DNA from: an uncultured Rhodospirillaceae bacterium
Lineage (GTDB): Bacteria > Pseudomonadota > Alphaproteobacteria > MPNO01
Direction of reading: 5' to 3'
Assembly (NCBI GenBank): GCA_964587515.1
Contig: CAZPMO010000002.1
Location: forward strand, 28,151 to 68,117
DNA: 39,967 nt
Below the pieces are notes generated by a model. That model was not told the DNA's origin. It did not search any database and saw only the letters and a program-made list of their open reading frames with translations. Below are positions 1 to 10,200 of the stretch, piece by piece (positions within the stretch are counted from its first letter, which is position 1; the number at the start of each line of letters is the position of its first letter). Both the position numbers and the translations under genes were made by a program.

Positions 1-741
1 CCGACGGGGCGCGCTCCGCTGGCCGAGGTAGTTCGCCTACTGTTCGCGGCCGGCGGCTCGGTAATCGATACCTCGCCCATGTACGGCAACGCCGAGAAGA
101 TCATCGGCGAGATTCTGCGCGATCTCGATGCGCGCAACCGCGCCTTCATCGCCACCAAGGTGTGGACCGAGGGGCGCGCCCGCGGCATGGATCAAATGCG
201 CGCTTCCATGCGTCTGTTGCGCGCCGAACGCGTTGAGCTGATGCAGGTGCATAATCTGGTCGACTGGCGGGTGCAGCTCAGGACGCTGCGCGAATGGAAG
301 GAGGCCGGCGCCATCCGACATATCGGCATCACCCACTGGACGCGAAACTCGGTGGACACCCTGGCCGGGATCGTCGCGGCGGAGCCGCTGGATTTCGTGC
401 AGCTCCCCTATTCGCTGGGCATGCGGGAAGCGGAAAAGAGACTCCTGCCGCTGTGCGCCGACAAAGGCGTCGCGGTGCTGGTCAACCGGCCGTTTATTCG
501 GGGCGCCATGTTCCGCGAGGCGCGCGGCCGCCTGCTGCCGCCCTGGGTCAAGGCCGAGCTTGGCGTGCGAAGCTGGGCCCAGTATTTCCTGAAATATCTG
601 CTCGGCCACCCGGCGGTAACCTGCGTGATCCCCGGCACCGCGAAGCCACGCCACATGCGCGACAATCTCGCCGCCGGGCTCGGCGCACTCCCCGACGCGG
701 CCCAGCACCGCAAAATGCTGACCGACTGGCGGCGCGGCTGA
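1..741 (+). CDS. Aldo/keto reductase, 5'-truncated by the window edge
   Basis: Frame 1 is open from base 1 (PTGRAPLAEV...VIDTSPMYGNAE). AKR motifs DTSPMYG, ATKVW, LMQVHNL, IPGT. Confidence 0.92.
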   Translation, partial: PTGRAPLAEVVRLLFAAGGSVIDTSPMYGNAEKIIGEILRDLDARNRAFIATKVWTEGRARGMDQMRASMRLLRAERVELMQVHNLVDWRVQLRTLREWKEAGAIRHIGITHWTRNSVDTLAGIVAAEPLDFVQLPYSLGMREAEKRLLPLCADKGVAVLVNRPFIRGAMFREARGRLLPPWVKAELGVRSWAQYFLKYLLGHPAVTCVIPGTAKPRHMRDNLAAGLGALPDAAQHRKMLTDWRRG

Positions 742-822
742 GCGAAGGGATCGTCGGCGGAATCATCCCGGACAAGCGGGGTCGGATGGATTAATCTGAT
801 GCGATACCAGGGAGTCACGATC

Positions 823-1836
823 ATGGCAAAACAGACCGCCGCGACACCGACCGAAGAGCGTTGCGTGACGTCGTATCCGGCGCGGCGCGGCTATACGCCG
901 GGAGCGGCATTCCCGCCCACGGTGACCAATGTCGATGACGTGATCGATATTCATTGCCACGCCCATGCCGGCCAGCAGGATGCGCTGGCGCTGGCCAAGT
1001 TCGCCTCGCAATCGGGCATGGGCGGTATTCTCTATAAGACCATCACCGGGCCCGGCGACCCGGCCGGCGTGGTGCGCGGCGTGCAGGAAGACCTAAACCG
1101 CTGGGCCGACGCCGAGGACGTGACGCCGATCACCTGTTGGGCCGGGGCGCTGATGGCGTTCGACGGCGAGACTCCGGACGCGGCGTGGGTGACACGCCAG
1201 ATCGATTCCGGCGTGATCGCGATCTGGTTTCCCGTGTTCAACCACGCGAACACGCTGTCCAAGGTCGGCGGCAAGCCGATCTGGTGGGACAAGACCGCCA
1301 GCCCCACCGATCACACCGCGCCGCTGCCGTGGGACGAGGCGCTGGCGATCGGTCATTACCTGCTCGACGAGGGCGGCGGGCTGCGCGCGGAAGTGAAGGA
1401 AATCCTGCGCGTGATCGCGGATCGCGATGTCGCGGTCTGCTTCGGTCACGCGACCCACGCCGAGATTTATCTGATGGCCGAGGAGGTCCAGAAGCTCGGC
1501 ATCACGCGGGCCTTTATCGATCACCCGTTCAGCCCGTTCGTCGATCTCGAGATCGCGCAGATGACGGAGCTTGGCCAGGCCGGGCTGACGCTGAACTTCA
1601 CCTATGACGAGCTGTCGCCGCTGCTGGGCATCGATCCGGCGAAAATGTACGAAGCAATCCGGGCGATCGGGCTCGACCACGTAACGCTGTCCAGCGACGC
1701 GGGCGAGCCGCTGTTCCCCAACTCGGTGGAATGCATGCGCCTGATCCGCGCCTACATGGAAGCCTTCGGGCTGAACGCCGGGGAACTGCGCACGGTCTCG
1801 GTGGACAACCCCGCCCGCATCGTCGGGCTGCACTGA
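823..1836 (+). CDS. Amidohydrolase-fold metalloprotein (DUF6282-like)
   Basis: DIHCHAH (HxH), GHAT, DHP and LSSDAG motifs. GGGAG upstream of ATG 823. Confidence 0.7.
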   Translation: MAKQTAATPTEERCVTSYPARRGYTPGAAFPPTVTNVDDVIDIHCHAHAGQQDALALAKFASQSGMGGILYKTITGPGDPAGVVRGVQEDLNRWADAEDVTPITCWAGALMAFDGETPDAAWVTRQIDSGVIAIWFPVFNHANTLSKVGGKPIWWDKTASPTDHTAPLPWDEALAIGHYLLDEGGGLRAEVKEILRVIADRDVAVCFGHATHAEIYLMAEEVQKLGITRAFIDHPFSPFVDLEIAQMTELGQAGLTLNFTYDELSPLLGIDPAKMYEAIRAIGLDHVTLSSDAGEPLFPNSVECMRLIRAYMEAFGLNAGELRTVSVDNPARIVGLH

Positions 1837-1868
1837 CTTACGAACCACGAACCCAGAGGAAGACCACG

Positions 1869-2834
1869 ATGATCGTCGATTTTCAGCATCACTTCACCCC
1901 AAGGGTCCTGATCAAGGAAGACCCGGGTGACGGCAAGATCACGCGCTATGACGAGCAGGGCGTGCCCAGCTATTCGATCCACTCGATGCTGTGGGACCTC
2001 GACGAGCATATCCGTATGATGGATATCGCGGGCATCGACGTCACGGTGTTGAGCTGCGCCGAGGGCATGTCGGCGCCGCTGGACAGGTCGATCATCTGCA
2101 ACGACGAGGCCAAGAAGGCCGAAACGGACTATCCCGGCCGTTTCAAGGGCATCGCGCACGCCCACCCGCTGGGCGGCGACGACGCCATGCGCGAGTTGAA
2201 CCGTTGCGCCAATGAGCTCGGCTTCGCGGGCGTGGTGACGACCTCGGAAATGGACGGGGTCTATCTCGATTCACCGGAGCTCAACCCGTTCTGGGCGGAG
2301 TGCGAAAAGCTCGGGCTCTATGTATTCATCCACCCGGCGCTGAAGCTTTCCCATTCCGAGCAGTTCGACGCCTTCGACCTGGCGCGCGCCGTCGGTCGTG
2401 AGTTCTCGCTGGTGATGGCCACCATCCGGCTGATCAACGGCGGCGTGCTCGACCGTTTCCCCGGCCTGAAGGTGCAGATGGCACATCTTTCGGGCGGCAT
2501 CGCCTCGGTGCTGGGACGCGTGCGCAGCTATCAGGACCGCGATTTCTGGGGCACCGCCGGTAACGAACGGCACGGCTGCCTGCCCGAACACGATTTCGAC
2601 TATTACCTGAAGGAACGGCTGGTCTTCGACACCGCCGGGTTCTGCGGCGCGACCAGCTCGGTCGAGACCTCGGTGGTCGAGCTTGATCCGGACCGCATCG
2701 TGTTCGCGTCCGATTATCCGCAGGAAATCCGCGAGCCCGAAGCGGTAAAGGCCTTCGTTGACGGCATAAAGGCGATGGGCGCCGACGGCGAGAAAATCCT
2801 GTCGGGCAACGTCAACCTTCTGCTGCCGGGATAG
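1869..2834 (+). CDS. Amidohydrolase_2 family protein (ACMSD/decarboxylase-hydratase-like)
   Basis: IVDFQHHF, FIHP, AHLSGG, FDTAG, VFASDYP. AGAGGA upstream of ATG 1869. Confidence 0.88.
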   Translation: MIVDFQHHFTPRVLIKEDPGDGKITRYDEQGVPSYSIHSMLWDLDEHIRMMDIAGIDVTVLSCAEGMSAPLDRSIICNDEAKKAETDYPGRFKGIAHAHPLGGDDAMRELNRCANELGFAGVVTTSEMDGVYLDSPELNPFWAECEKLGLYVFIHPALKLSHSEQFDAFDLARAVGREFSLVMATIRLINGGVLDRFPGLKVQMAHLSGGIASVLGRVRSYQDRDFWGTAGNERHGCLPEHDFDYYLKERLVFDTAGFCGATSSVETSVVELDPDRIVFASDYPQEIREPEAVKAFVDGIKAMGADGEKILSGNVNLLLPG

Positions 2835-2846
2835 GCCGGACCGACC

Positions 2847-3734
2847 ATGGCCCTGACCGCCACGCCCCTGCATCCGCTTTTCGCGGCCGAGATTTCGGGG
2901 ATCGACCTCGGCGGCCGGATCGATGACGGGACGTTCGGGGACCTTAAACAGGCGATGGACGAATTCGGCGTCTGCGTGGTTCACCACGCGACGCCGCTAT
3001 CGGACGAACAACACATCGCGGTCAGCGAACGGTTCGGTCCTATCGAACGCGGCGAAATTCTGAAGGTCGCCGGCAAGTCTGGGCTGCGCATTCGCCATCA
3101 TGAGATCATCGACCAGAGCAATATGGACGAGAACGGCGACATCTTCGTCGAGGACGACCGCCGTCTGATGTTCAAGCGCGCCAACCGGCTGTGGCACACA
3201 GATTTGTCATTCCATCCCATCCGCGCGACGATTTCGCTGCTGTCGGGACATATCGTGCCGCCGGGCGGGGCCGATACCGAGTTCGCCGATATGCGCGCGG
3301 CCTATGACGCATTGCCCGGGACGCTTAAATCGGAAATCGAAGGGCTGGAGGCGGAGCATTCCTATTGGCATTCGCGGGTTCTCGGCGGCGGTCCGGAACC
3401 GACCGAAGACGAGCGACGCTCGCGCCCGCCCGCCGTGCACAAGCTTGTGCACATCCATGAAGGCTCCAACCGCAAGGCGCTCTATATCGCCTCGCACGTA
3501 AGCCGGATCGTCGGCCGGCCGGTGGAGGAAGGGCGCGCGTTGATACAGGAATTAATGGCGTTCGCGACGCGGCCGGAATTCATATACCGCCACAAGTGGC
3601 GCGTCGGCGACGTGGTGATCTGGGACAATCTGTGCACGCTTCACCGCGCCACGGCATTCGAGGACACCACCCACCGCCGCGACATGCGCCGCACCACCTG
3701 CCGCGAAGCCGAGGTGCCGAGGACAGCCGGATAG
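2847..3734 (+). CDS. TauD/TfdA family Fe(II)/2-oxoglutarate dioxygenase
   Basis: NRLWHTDLSF (HxD), GGADTEFADMRAAYDAL, WDNLCTLHRA, RRDMRRTT. Confidence 0.93.
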   Translation: MALTATPLHPLFAAEISGIDLGGRIDDGTFGDLKQAMDEFGVCVVHHATPLSDEQHIAVSERFGPIERGEILKVAGKSGLRIRHHEIIDQSNMDENGDIFVEDDRRLMFKRANRLWHTDLSFHPIRATISLLSGHIVPPGGADTEFADMRAAYDALPGTLKSEIEGLEAEHSYWHSRVLGGGPEPTEDERRSRPPAVHKLVHIHEGSNRKALYIASHVSRIVGRPVEEGRALIQELMAFATRPEFIYRHKWRVGDVVIWDNLCTLHRATAFEDTTHRRDMRRTTCREAEVPRTAG

Positions 3735-3765
3735 AGAATTTTCGGCTGCGCTACGCCACCAATTT

Positions 3766-3923
3766 TCACCCCGGACTTGATCCGGGGTCCAGCGGTGGCA
3801 GCACGATTTAATCCATTTTGAAAGGAATTCCCCTGGGTTTTCTATTATTGGGGGGAAGCTTTGATCATACGACTCGTCTTTCGCTGAAAGGATCGCTGGG
3901 CCCCGGATCAAGTTCCGGGGTGA
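3766..3923. repeat. Inverted pair of REP-like palindromic repeats around a ~100-bp AT-richer spacer
   Basis: tcaccccggacttgatccggggtccagcg (3766-3794) and cgctgggccccggatcaagttccggggtga (3894-3923) are reverse complements with 1 mismatch and 1 indel. Each is itself a hairpin. Confidence 0.85.
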
Positions 3924-3974
3924 CAGGAGGAAGTATCCCGCTACCAACGAAATCCCGTTGTCGACCCCGGAAAT

Positions 3975-5576
3975 CTAGGCGCGCGCGGTTGGGAAGGGGC
4001 TGCGATCGACATAGTCGATCTGCTTGCGGGCGAGGATTTCCATCAGCTCGGCGCGGGTCGCGAGGTGGCCCGGATCGTCCCACAGATTGTCCATCTCGTG
4101 CGGGTCGTTCTCGAGGTCGTAGATCTCGCCCCATTCAATGTCCTGGTAGACGCTCATACGCCAGCGCCGCGTGACCAAGGTGCGCATCCGGGGCGGCTTG
4201 TCGAAGCCGAGATAGTTGCGCTGGTCGTCGGCCTCGATCAGCACCGCTTCGGTGTCGTCGTCCTTGCCGGCGATGGCGGGCAGCAGGCTGTGTCCCTGGA
4301 TGCCGTTATAGGGAACCAGTCGCGCGCGATCGAGGATGGTGGATGCGATATCGAGCGTGCCCGACATGGCGTCGCTGGCGCCGACGCTGGCGCGGTCGGG
4401 CGTGTCGGCCCAGATGAACGGCACCCGGATCAGCCCCTGATAATGGGCCGGGCCCTTCAGCATCATCTGGTGATCGCCCAGGAAATCGCCATGATCCGTG
4501 GTGAATACGACCACCGTGTTGTCGGCCATGCCGTGCTCGGCGAGGCGCGCTAGGATCGCGCCCACCGCGTCGTCGATCATCGCAATCATGTCGCAGGTCA
4601 GCGCCATGGCCTCGCGCGCCTCGCGCTCAGTCACCGCGAAGGCGTTCTGCTGGGACCGCAACGCCGTGCCCGCGTCACGCTGCTGATGGCTCCATGCGAC
4701 ATGGGGCTGCAGCGGCTTGTTGCCGTGATCGAACGATGGCGGCAGCGTCATTTCGTCCGGGCTGTACATGCCCCAATACTTGCCGGGCGGCGTGAAGGGA
4801 TGGTGCGGATCGGGAAACGAGACCATGGCGAAGAACGGCTTGTCGTCTTCGTCCCCGGCGCGGGCGTCGAGATATTCGAGCGACTTCTCCTCGATATAGG
4901 CTGTCGGGTAAAGCTCGGCCGGCACCGCCGTGCGATAGGCCTGCGGGCAGACATAGTCGTGCGGCAGGCAGTTGTCGGGGCCGCGCAGCGAATCCGGATC
5001 GTCGTGGTGCTGATGCAGCCAGTGGTAATAATGCCCGCCGACCTTGTCGCCATGTTCGGTGCAGAGATCGACATGGTCGAAGCCATAGAACGGCAACGTC
5101 ATGGGCGCGAATTCGCCGTTCGGCCAGCGTTTGGGATTTTCCTGGTCGTAGGGGCGATCTTCGGCCGCGACCCGTCTCGCCTCATCCATTGCGGCGGGCG
5201 GCGCGGCGTAATCGGCCGGGTATTCCGGACGCGGCATCATGGGTGGGTTGGGCGTCATGTTCTGGAGGTGGCTCTTGCCGATCAAGGCGGTGCGCCAGCC
5301 GGCGGCGCTCAGCAGGTCGGTAAAGGTATTGGCCATCAGCGACAGCGGTATGCCGTTGTGGCGCGCGCCGTGGGCCGACGGCATGCGCCCGGTCATCAGG
5401 CTGGCGCGGTTGGGCATGCAGACCGGGCTCGCCACATGGAAACGGTCGAAGCGCCGCCCGCGCGCCGCGATGGAATCGATATGCGGCGTCTTCAGCACCG
5501 GATGCCCGGCGCAGCCGAGATAATCCGCCCGATGCTGGTCGGTGATGAAGAACAGAAAATTCGGCCGATCGCTCAT
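3975..5576 (-). CDS. Cys-type formylglycine-dependent sulfatase-like hydrolase, no signal peptide
   Basis: PNFLFFITDQHR, CMPNRASLMTGR (CxPxR), GKSHL, DPHHPF, TDHGD, YDLENDPHEMDNL. Confidence 0.93.
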   Translation of the reverse strand: MSDRPNFLFFITDQHRADYLGCAGHPVLKTPHIDSIAARGRRFDRFHVASPVCMPNRASLMTGRMPSAHGARHNGIPLSLMANTFTDLLSAAGWRTALIGKSHLQNMTPNPPMMPRPEYPADYAAPPAAMDEARRVAAEDRPYDQENPKRWPNGEFAPMTLPFYGFDHVDLCTEHGDKVGGHYYHWLHQHHDDPDSLRGPDNCLPHDYVCPQAYRTAVPAELYPTAYIEEKSLEYLDARAGDEDDKPFFAMVSFPDPHHPFTPPGKYWGMYSPDEMTLPPSFDHGNKPLQPHVAWSHQQRDAGTALRSQQNAFAVTEREAREAMALTCDMIAMIDDAVGAILARLAEHGMADNTVVVFTTDHGDFLGDHQMMLKGPAHYQGLIRVPFIWADTPDRASVGASDAMSGTLDIASTILDRARLVPYNGIQGHSLLPAIAGKDDDTEAVLIEADDQRNYLGFDKPPRMRTLVTRRWRMSVYQDIEWGEIYDLENDPHEMDNLWDDPGHLATRAELMEILARKQIDYVDRSPFPTARA

Positions 5577-5644
5577 GACAACGTCCCTGATAGCTGTTCG
5601 GGGAGTTTCGCCTTAGCGACCTGTCGACGCAACCGGGGCGCGCC

Positions 5645-5735
5645 CTAATTTGTGACACCATGAATCTAATTTGGGGACACCATTGGAGCAAGGTATCGAT
5701 TTTCAGATCAGAGGTAGAATGGTGTCCCCGAATTA
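5645..5735. repeat. Short inverted repeat element (GGGGACACCAT core) plus a degenerate tandem copy
   Basis: taatttggggacaccatt (5667-5684) vs aatggtgtccccgaatta (5718-5735) match 17/18 as reverse complements. Extra direct copy ctaatttgtgacaccat at 5645-5661. Confidence 0.75.
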
Positions 5736-5757
5736 AGGATCACCAGATTAGGCGGGC

Positions 5758-6828
5758 CTATGCCTTCAGCACGCCGCGCTTGATCTGATCGGCTTCGATG
5801 GAATCGAACAGGGCCTGGAAATTGCCTTCGCCGAAGCCTTCATTTCCCTTGCGCTCGATAAGCTCGAAGAAGATCGGCCCGATTACGTTCTCGGTGAAGA
5901 TCTGCAACAACAGCCCCTTGCCGTCCTGGGGCGCGCCGTCGATCAGGATCGCGTCATCGGCGAGCCGCGCGAGGTTCTCGCCGTGGCCCGGCACGCGCGC
6001 ATCCACCGCCTCGTAATAGGTTTCCGGCGTCTCGAGAAAGCGGACGCCGCGCCGGCGCAGCCCCTCGACCGCCTCATAGATGTCGGCGCAGCTGAGCGCC
6101 ACATGCTGGATGCCCTCGCCACGATAGGCGTCGAGATATTCGGCGATCTGCGACTTGTCGTCGGCGGATTCATTGATCGGGATGCGGATTTTGCCGCACG
6201 GGCTGGTCATCGCCTTGCTTTTCAAGCCGGTCTTCGCGCCCTTGATATCGAAAAAGCGGATTTCTCGGAACCCGAACAACCTCTCGTAAAACCCCGCCCA
6301 TTCGTCCATGCGGCCCTGGTGAACATTGTGGGTCAGATGATCGATACCGATCAGCCCCTCGCCCGACGGCACGTTGCCGGTGCCGGGAATGGGAACGAAA
6401 TCGACGTCATAGATCGTCGCCCCGTCATAACGGTCGACCAGATAGAGCAGGCTGCCGCCGATACCTTCGATGGCGGGGATGTTGAGCTCCATGGGTCCGA
6501 TACGCGCCTCGACCGGCTTGGCGCCAAGCTCGATCGCGCGCCGCTGCGCCACCGCCGCATCCGCGACACGGAATGCCATCGCACAGGCCGACGGCCCGTG
6601 CACCCTGGCGAACGCCTGGGCGAAGCTGTCGGGCTCGGAGTTCACGATGAAGTTGACCCCGCCCTGGCGATAAAGCAGCACGTCCTTGGAGCGGTGCCGG
6701 GCAACCGCCGTGAAACCCAGTCTTTCGAACAGGTCTTTCAGCAGTTGCGGATCGGGCGCGGTGTATTCGACGAATTCGAAACCGTCGGTGCCCATCGGGT
6801 TGTCGAGCGGTGTTACGTTTTCAGCCAC
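5758..6828 (-). CDS. hppD: 4-hydroxyphenylpyruvate dioxygenase
   Basis: NPMGTDGFEFVEY, IDHLTHNV, GEGIQHVAL, LLQIFT, FFELIERKGNEGFGEGNFQALF. GTG start with AGGAG. Confidence 0.97.
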   Translation of the reverse strand: MAENVTPLDNPMGTDGFEFVEYTAPDPQLLKDLFERLGFTAVARHRSKDVLLYRQGGVNFIVNSEPDSFAQAFARVHGPSACAMAFRVADAAVAQRRAIELGAKPVEARIGPMELNIPAIEGIGGSLLYLVDRYDGATIYDVDFVPIPGTGNVPSGEGLIGIDHLTHNVHQGRMDEWAGFYERLFGFREIRFFDIKGAKTGLKSKAMTSPCGKIRIPINESADDKSQIAEYLDAYRGEGIQHVALSCADIYEAVEGLRRRGVRFLETPETYYEAVDARVPGHGENLARLADDAILIDGAPQDGKGLLLQIFTENVIGPIFFELIERKGNEGFGEGNFQALFDSIEADQIKRGVLKA

Positions 6829-6939
6829 GGCGCGTCTCCTTTAACCGGATCGACGCTCCCCGCTGTTTTCAATTTATTGTGCGTTGGTATGTAAATGGTT
6901 GTTCGGATGGCGACTTTACACCCCCTTTAATGTGCTGAT

Positions 6940-7077
6940 AGCCTCGCGCCGGCCGGCACCACGCTTGGCCAGGTCGCCCGCGCCGCGGCGCCCTATCTTG
7001 TGTGCGACGCGATCCTGGTGGCGCTGCTGATTTTCTTCCCCCAGATCGCGCTTTATCTGCCGAGCTTCATGGAGTGA
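6940..7077 (+). pseudogene. C-terminal remnant of a TRAP large permease (DctM)
   Basis: Reads SLAPAGTTLGQVARAAAPYLVCDAILVALLIFFPQIALYLPSFME*, the typical DctM ending (FPxIALxLP). In-frame TAA at 6928-6930 and no ATG start upstream. Not in the ORF track. Confidence 0.8.
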
Positions 7078-7119
7078 TGTCGCCGATCCGATGACGCGTT
7101 ATCGGATCGGCGACATCAC
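7074..7119. terminator. 46-bp near-perfect palindrome, probable terminator or stabilising hairpin
   Basis: gtgatgtcgccgatccgatgacgcgttatcggatcggcgacatcac has 19-bp perfect arms and one G-T pair near the centre. It overlaps the dctM remnant stop and has no clear U-tract. Confidence 0.6.
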
Positions 7120-7264
7120 GAAATATTGTACTTTGCTCTAGCATTTATTGGACACATTTCCTAGTTGATCTATGTAAGTGCCGTTTCAGGCCCAATCCAG
7201 TTGATTGTACTGTCGAAATACCAAGTCCGGTTCGGCTCTGATTCATCATGGTGGGAAAAATAAA

Positions 7265-10200
7265 TTGAGGCGTTGTAAGTATTTTCTCCTATTAGTAGTC
7301 GGTCTGTTGGCAGCGCCCGTGGCTGTCGCGGGCACCACCGCCGACAGCGAGACGCTGCGTCTGGTGGGCGCGTCATCCAATAATTTTCCACCGGTCAATC
7401 TGCTGGAAGAGGGCGGCGAACTGACCGGATTCGGGCGCGATATGGCCCGAGCGGTGGTTGGCGCCGTGGGCGGGTCGATGACGCATATCCATTCGCCGAT
7501 CTGGACCAACGTGCTGAAGTGGCTCGCCGACGGCGAAGCGGATTTCATCCACGACACGGGCTATACGCCCGAGCGCACACAGAGCCTCGATTACAGCGAA
7601 CCGATTTTGAAGATGCCCGAGGAAATCTTCGTTCGCAGCCACCGGTTCGACATCCAGTCGCTCGACTCGCTCGCCGGTAAGCGCGTCGCATGCGTAAACC
7701 GGCACATCACGCACCTCTATTTAATGAAGTTCCCGAGAATCCAGTGCGTGGTGGTCAAGACGCCGCCCGACGCTGTCCGGGCGCTTTTCGACGGCACCGT
7801 GGACGCGGTGATCTATCCGCGTCAGATCGTCCTTTACTACGCCTATCAACTCGGGCTTGCGGACGGCATCAAAACGGTGGGCGAGCCGCTGCGCACCCTG
7901 ACCTGGCACATGGTGGTCAAACGGGGAAACGCCAGGGTCCTGTTGCTGCTCAACCAGGGCATCGCGAAGGTGAAGGCGAGCGGCGAATACGAACGTATTT
8001 ACGACAAATGGTTCGGCCGCGCCCTTCCCAAGGTTTATCCGGAAGAAAAGATTCTCTGGATCGTCGGCATCATTCTGGCGGTCATTGTTCTGTTGGCGAT
8101 AGCGGTGTTGGTCTGGTTGTCGGTGCTGCGCCGTGAGGTCCGGAGACGCACGACGGAGCTTCGTCAAAGCGAGGAGCGCTATCGCGGCGTCGTCGACTTC
8201 GCGCCCAACGCGATCGTCGTCCACGATGGCTCACACATCATCTTCGCCAACGAGGCCGCCGCCCGGCTGCATGGCGCGAGCACGCCGGACGATCTGGTCG
8301 ACCGCCACTGGCTGGACCTAATCCACCCGGATGAGCGCGAACGTGCAATCGAGCGCAACGAGAAATTCATGTCTGAATGGATTCCGGCGCCGCCCATTAT
8401 TCGTAACAGGCTTCGCCTGGACGGCTCGGAAATTCAGGTCGAGACAGCGGCGACGCCTATAATGTGGGACGGCAAACCGGCGATCCTGGGAATGTTCCGC
8501 GATATCAGCGAACAGGTGGCGGCGGAGAAAGCGCTGCGCTCGAGCGAGGAACGGTTCCGCGACGTCGCGGAGATCGCCACCGACTGGATATGGGAGACTG
8601 GGCCGGATTTGCGCTTCTCCTGGGTGTCGTCCCGGATATACGAGTTGCTGGGGAGGACGCCCGAGGAGTTTATCGGCAAAACCGCCCGGGACCTGGGCCC
8701 GCCCGACAATCATTCGGACGAATGGTCGAATGTCTTGGAGAGCTTTGAAGCCCATCGACCGTTTACCGGCATTACTTATTCGCGGACCTTTAATTCGGGC
8801 GAACAACGTCACATCACGGTCAGCGGCAAGCCGCTTTTCGACGCCGACGGCGGCTTCCTTGGCTATCGTGGCGTCGGTCGCGACATCACCGGAGAGGTCG
8901 AGGCCAAGGATCAGGCAACCCGTGTCCGCGAACAATTTTTGCGCGCCGTTGAAAATATTTCGGACAGCGTTGCGCTGTTCGATACCGAAGAGCGGCTGGT
9001 ATTTTCCAACCACGCCTTTCGCAAGGGGTTGGGCGACGCCGCCGACACCGTGGTCCCGGGCATGACGTACGAGCAAACCCTGCGTGAGAGGATAAAGTTC
9101 GACGAGGTGCCGGATGCGGGCAAGGGCCATGAAGAAGAATGGGTCACTGAACGCCTGGCCGATTTCCGCGCGGCGCGGGGGGCCACGACGTTCGAACGGG
9201 ACGGCCGGTGGGCGGAAATCCGCGCGGAACGTCTGCCCGACGGCGGCACGATCCTGCGGATATCCAATTTCACAGATCGCATGCGGGCGGAGAACGTCAA
9301 TCGCCGTCTTGCCGCGATCGTAGGAGCCTCCGCGGACGCCATTATCGGCACCACGATCGAAGGCATCCTCACGGAGTGGAACAAGGGCGCCGAAGAGCTG
9401 TACGGCTATACCGCCAGCGAGGCCATCGGGCAGCCGATCTATATCATCGCGCCCGACGATACGCTCGACGAAGCCCACAAAAACTCCCTGATCGTAAAGC
9501 AGGGCGGGCGCGTCGATAATATGGAGACCGTTCGCCGGCGACAGGACGGCACGCTGATCGATATCTCTCTGACGATTTCTCCCATCCGGGATGCAACCGG
9601 GCATATCGTCGGATTGTCGGATTGTCGGCCATCCACCGCGACATCACGGAGCGCAAGACGGCGGAAGCAAAGCTGAGATCGAGCGAAAGGCGTTTTCGCG
9701 ACTTCGCGGATTCGGGCTCGGATTGGTATTGGGAGACCGACGAAAATTTCCGGTTCACCTGGTTCTCGGTGGACCGCCAGCCGACCGACAGGTTGGCCAC
9801 AGCCGACCTGATCGGCAAGACGCCGTCGGAACTGCCGGGGATGGACCCGGAAAGCGCCGAGGCCTGGAATCGTCTGATCGAAGAACTCGGAAACGACCGC
9901 GGAACCTTCAGGGGCTTCCAATATTGTTCGTATTCGCCCGACAGCGAAATCCGCCACCTCAGCGCCAACGGTCTCCCGTTTGTCGATGAGGACGGCAACT
10001 TCAGCGGTTATCGGGGCAGCGCGACCGATATCACAGCGCAAGTCGAGGCCGAGCAACGACTCCGCCAGGCGCTGAAAATGGAGGCAGTAGGTCAGCTAAC
10101 CGGCGGAATCGCCCATGATTTCAATAATTTACTTACAATCATCCTGGGGAATCTTCAGCTCATGGAGCGCTCGCCTGCCAGGCGCGAATCCCATGTTGGA

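Noticed and set aside
762-780. atcatcccggacaagcggg resembling another REP half
   Set aside because: Single short degenerate match with no partner arm.
3795-3893. Spacer between the REP-like arms as a nuclease or transposase remnant
   Set aside because: No recognisable motif in the translations I examined.
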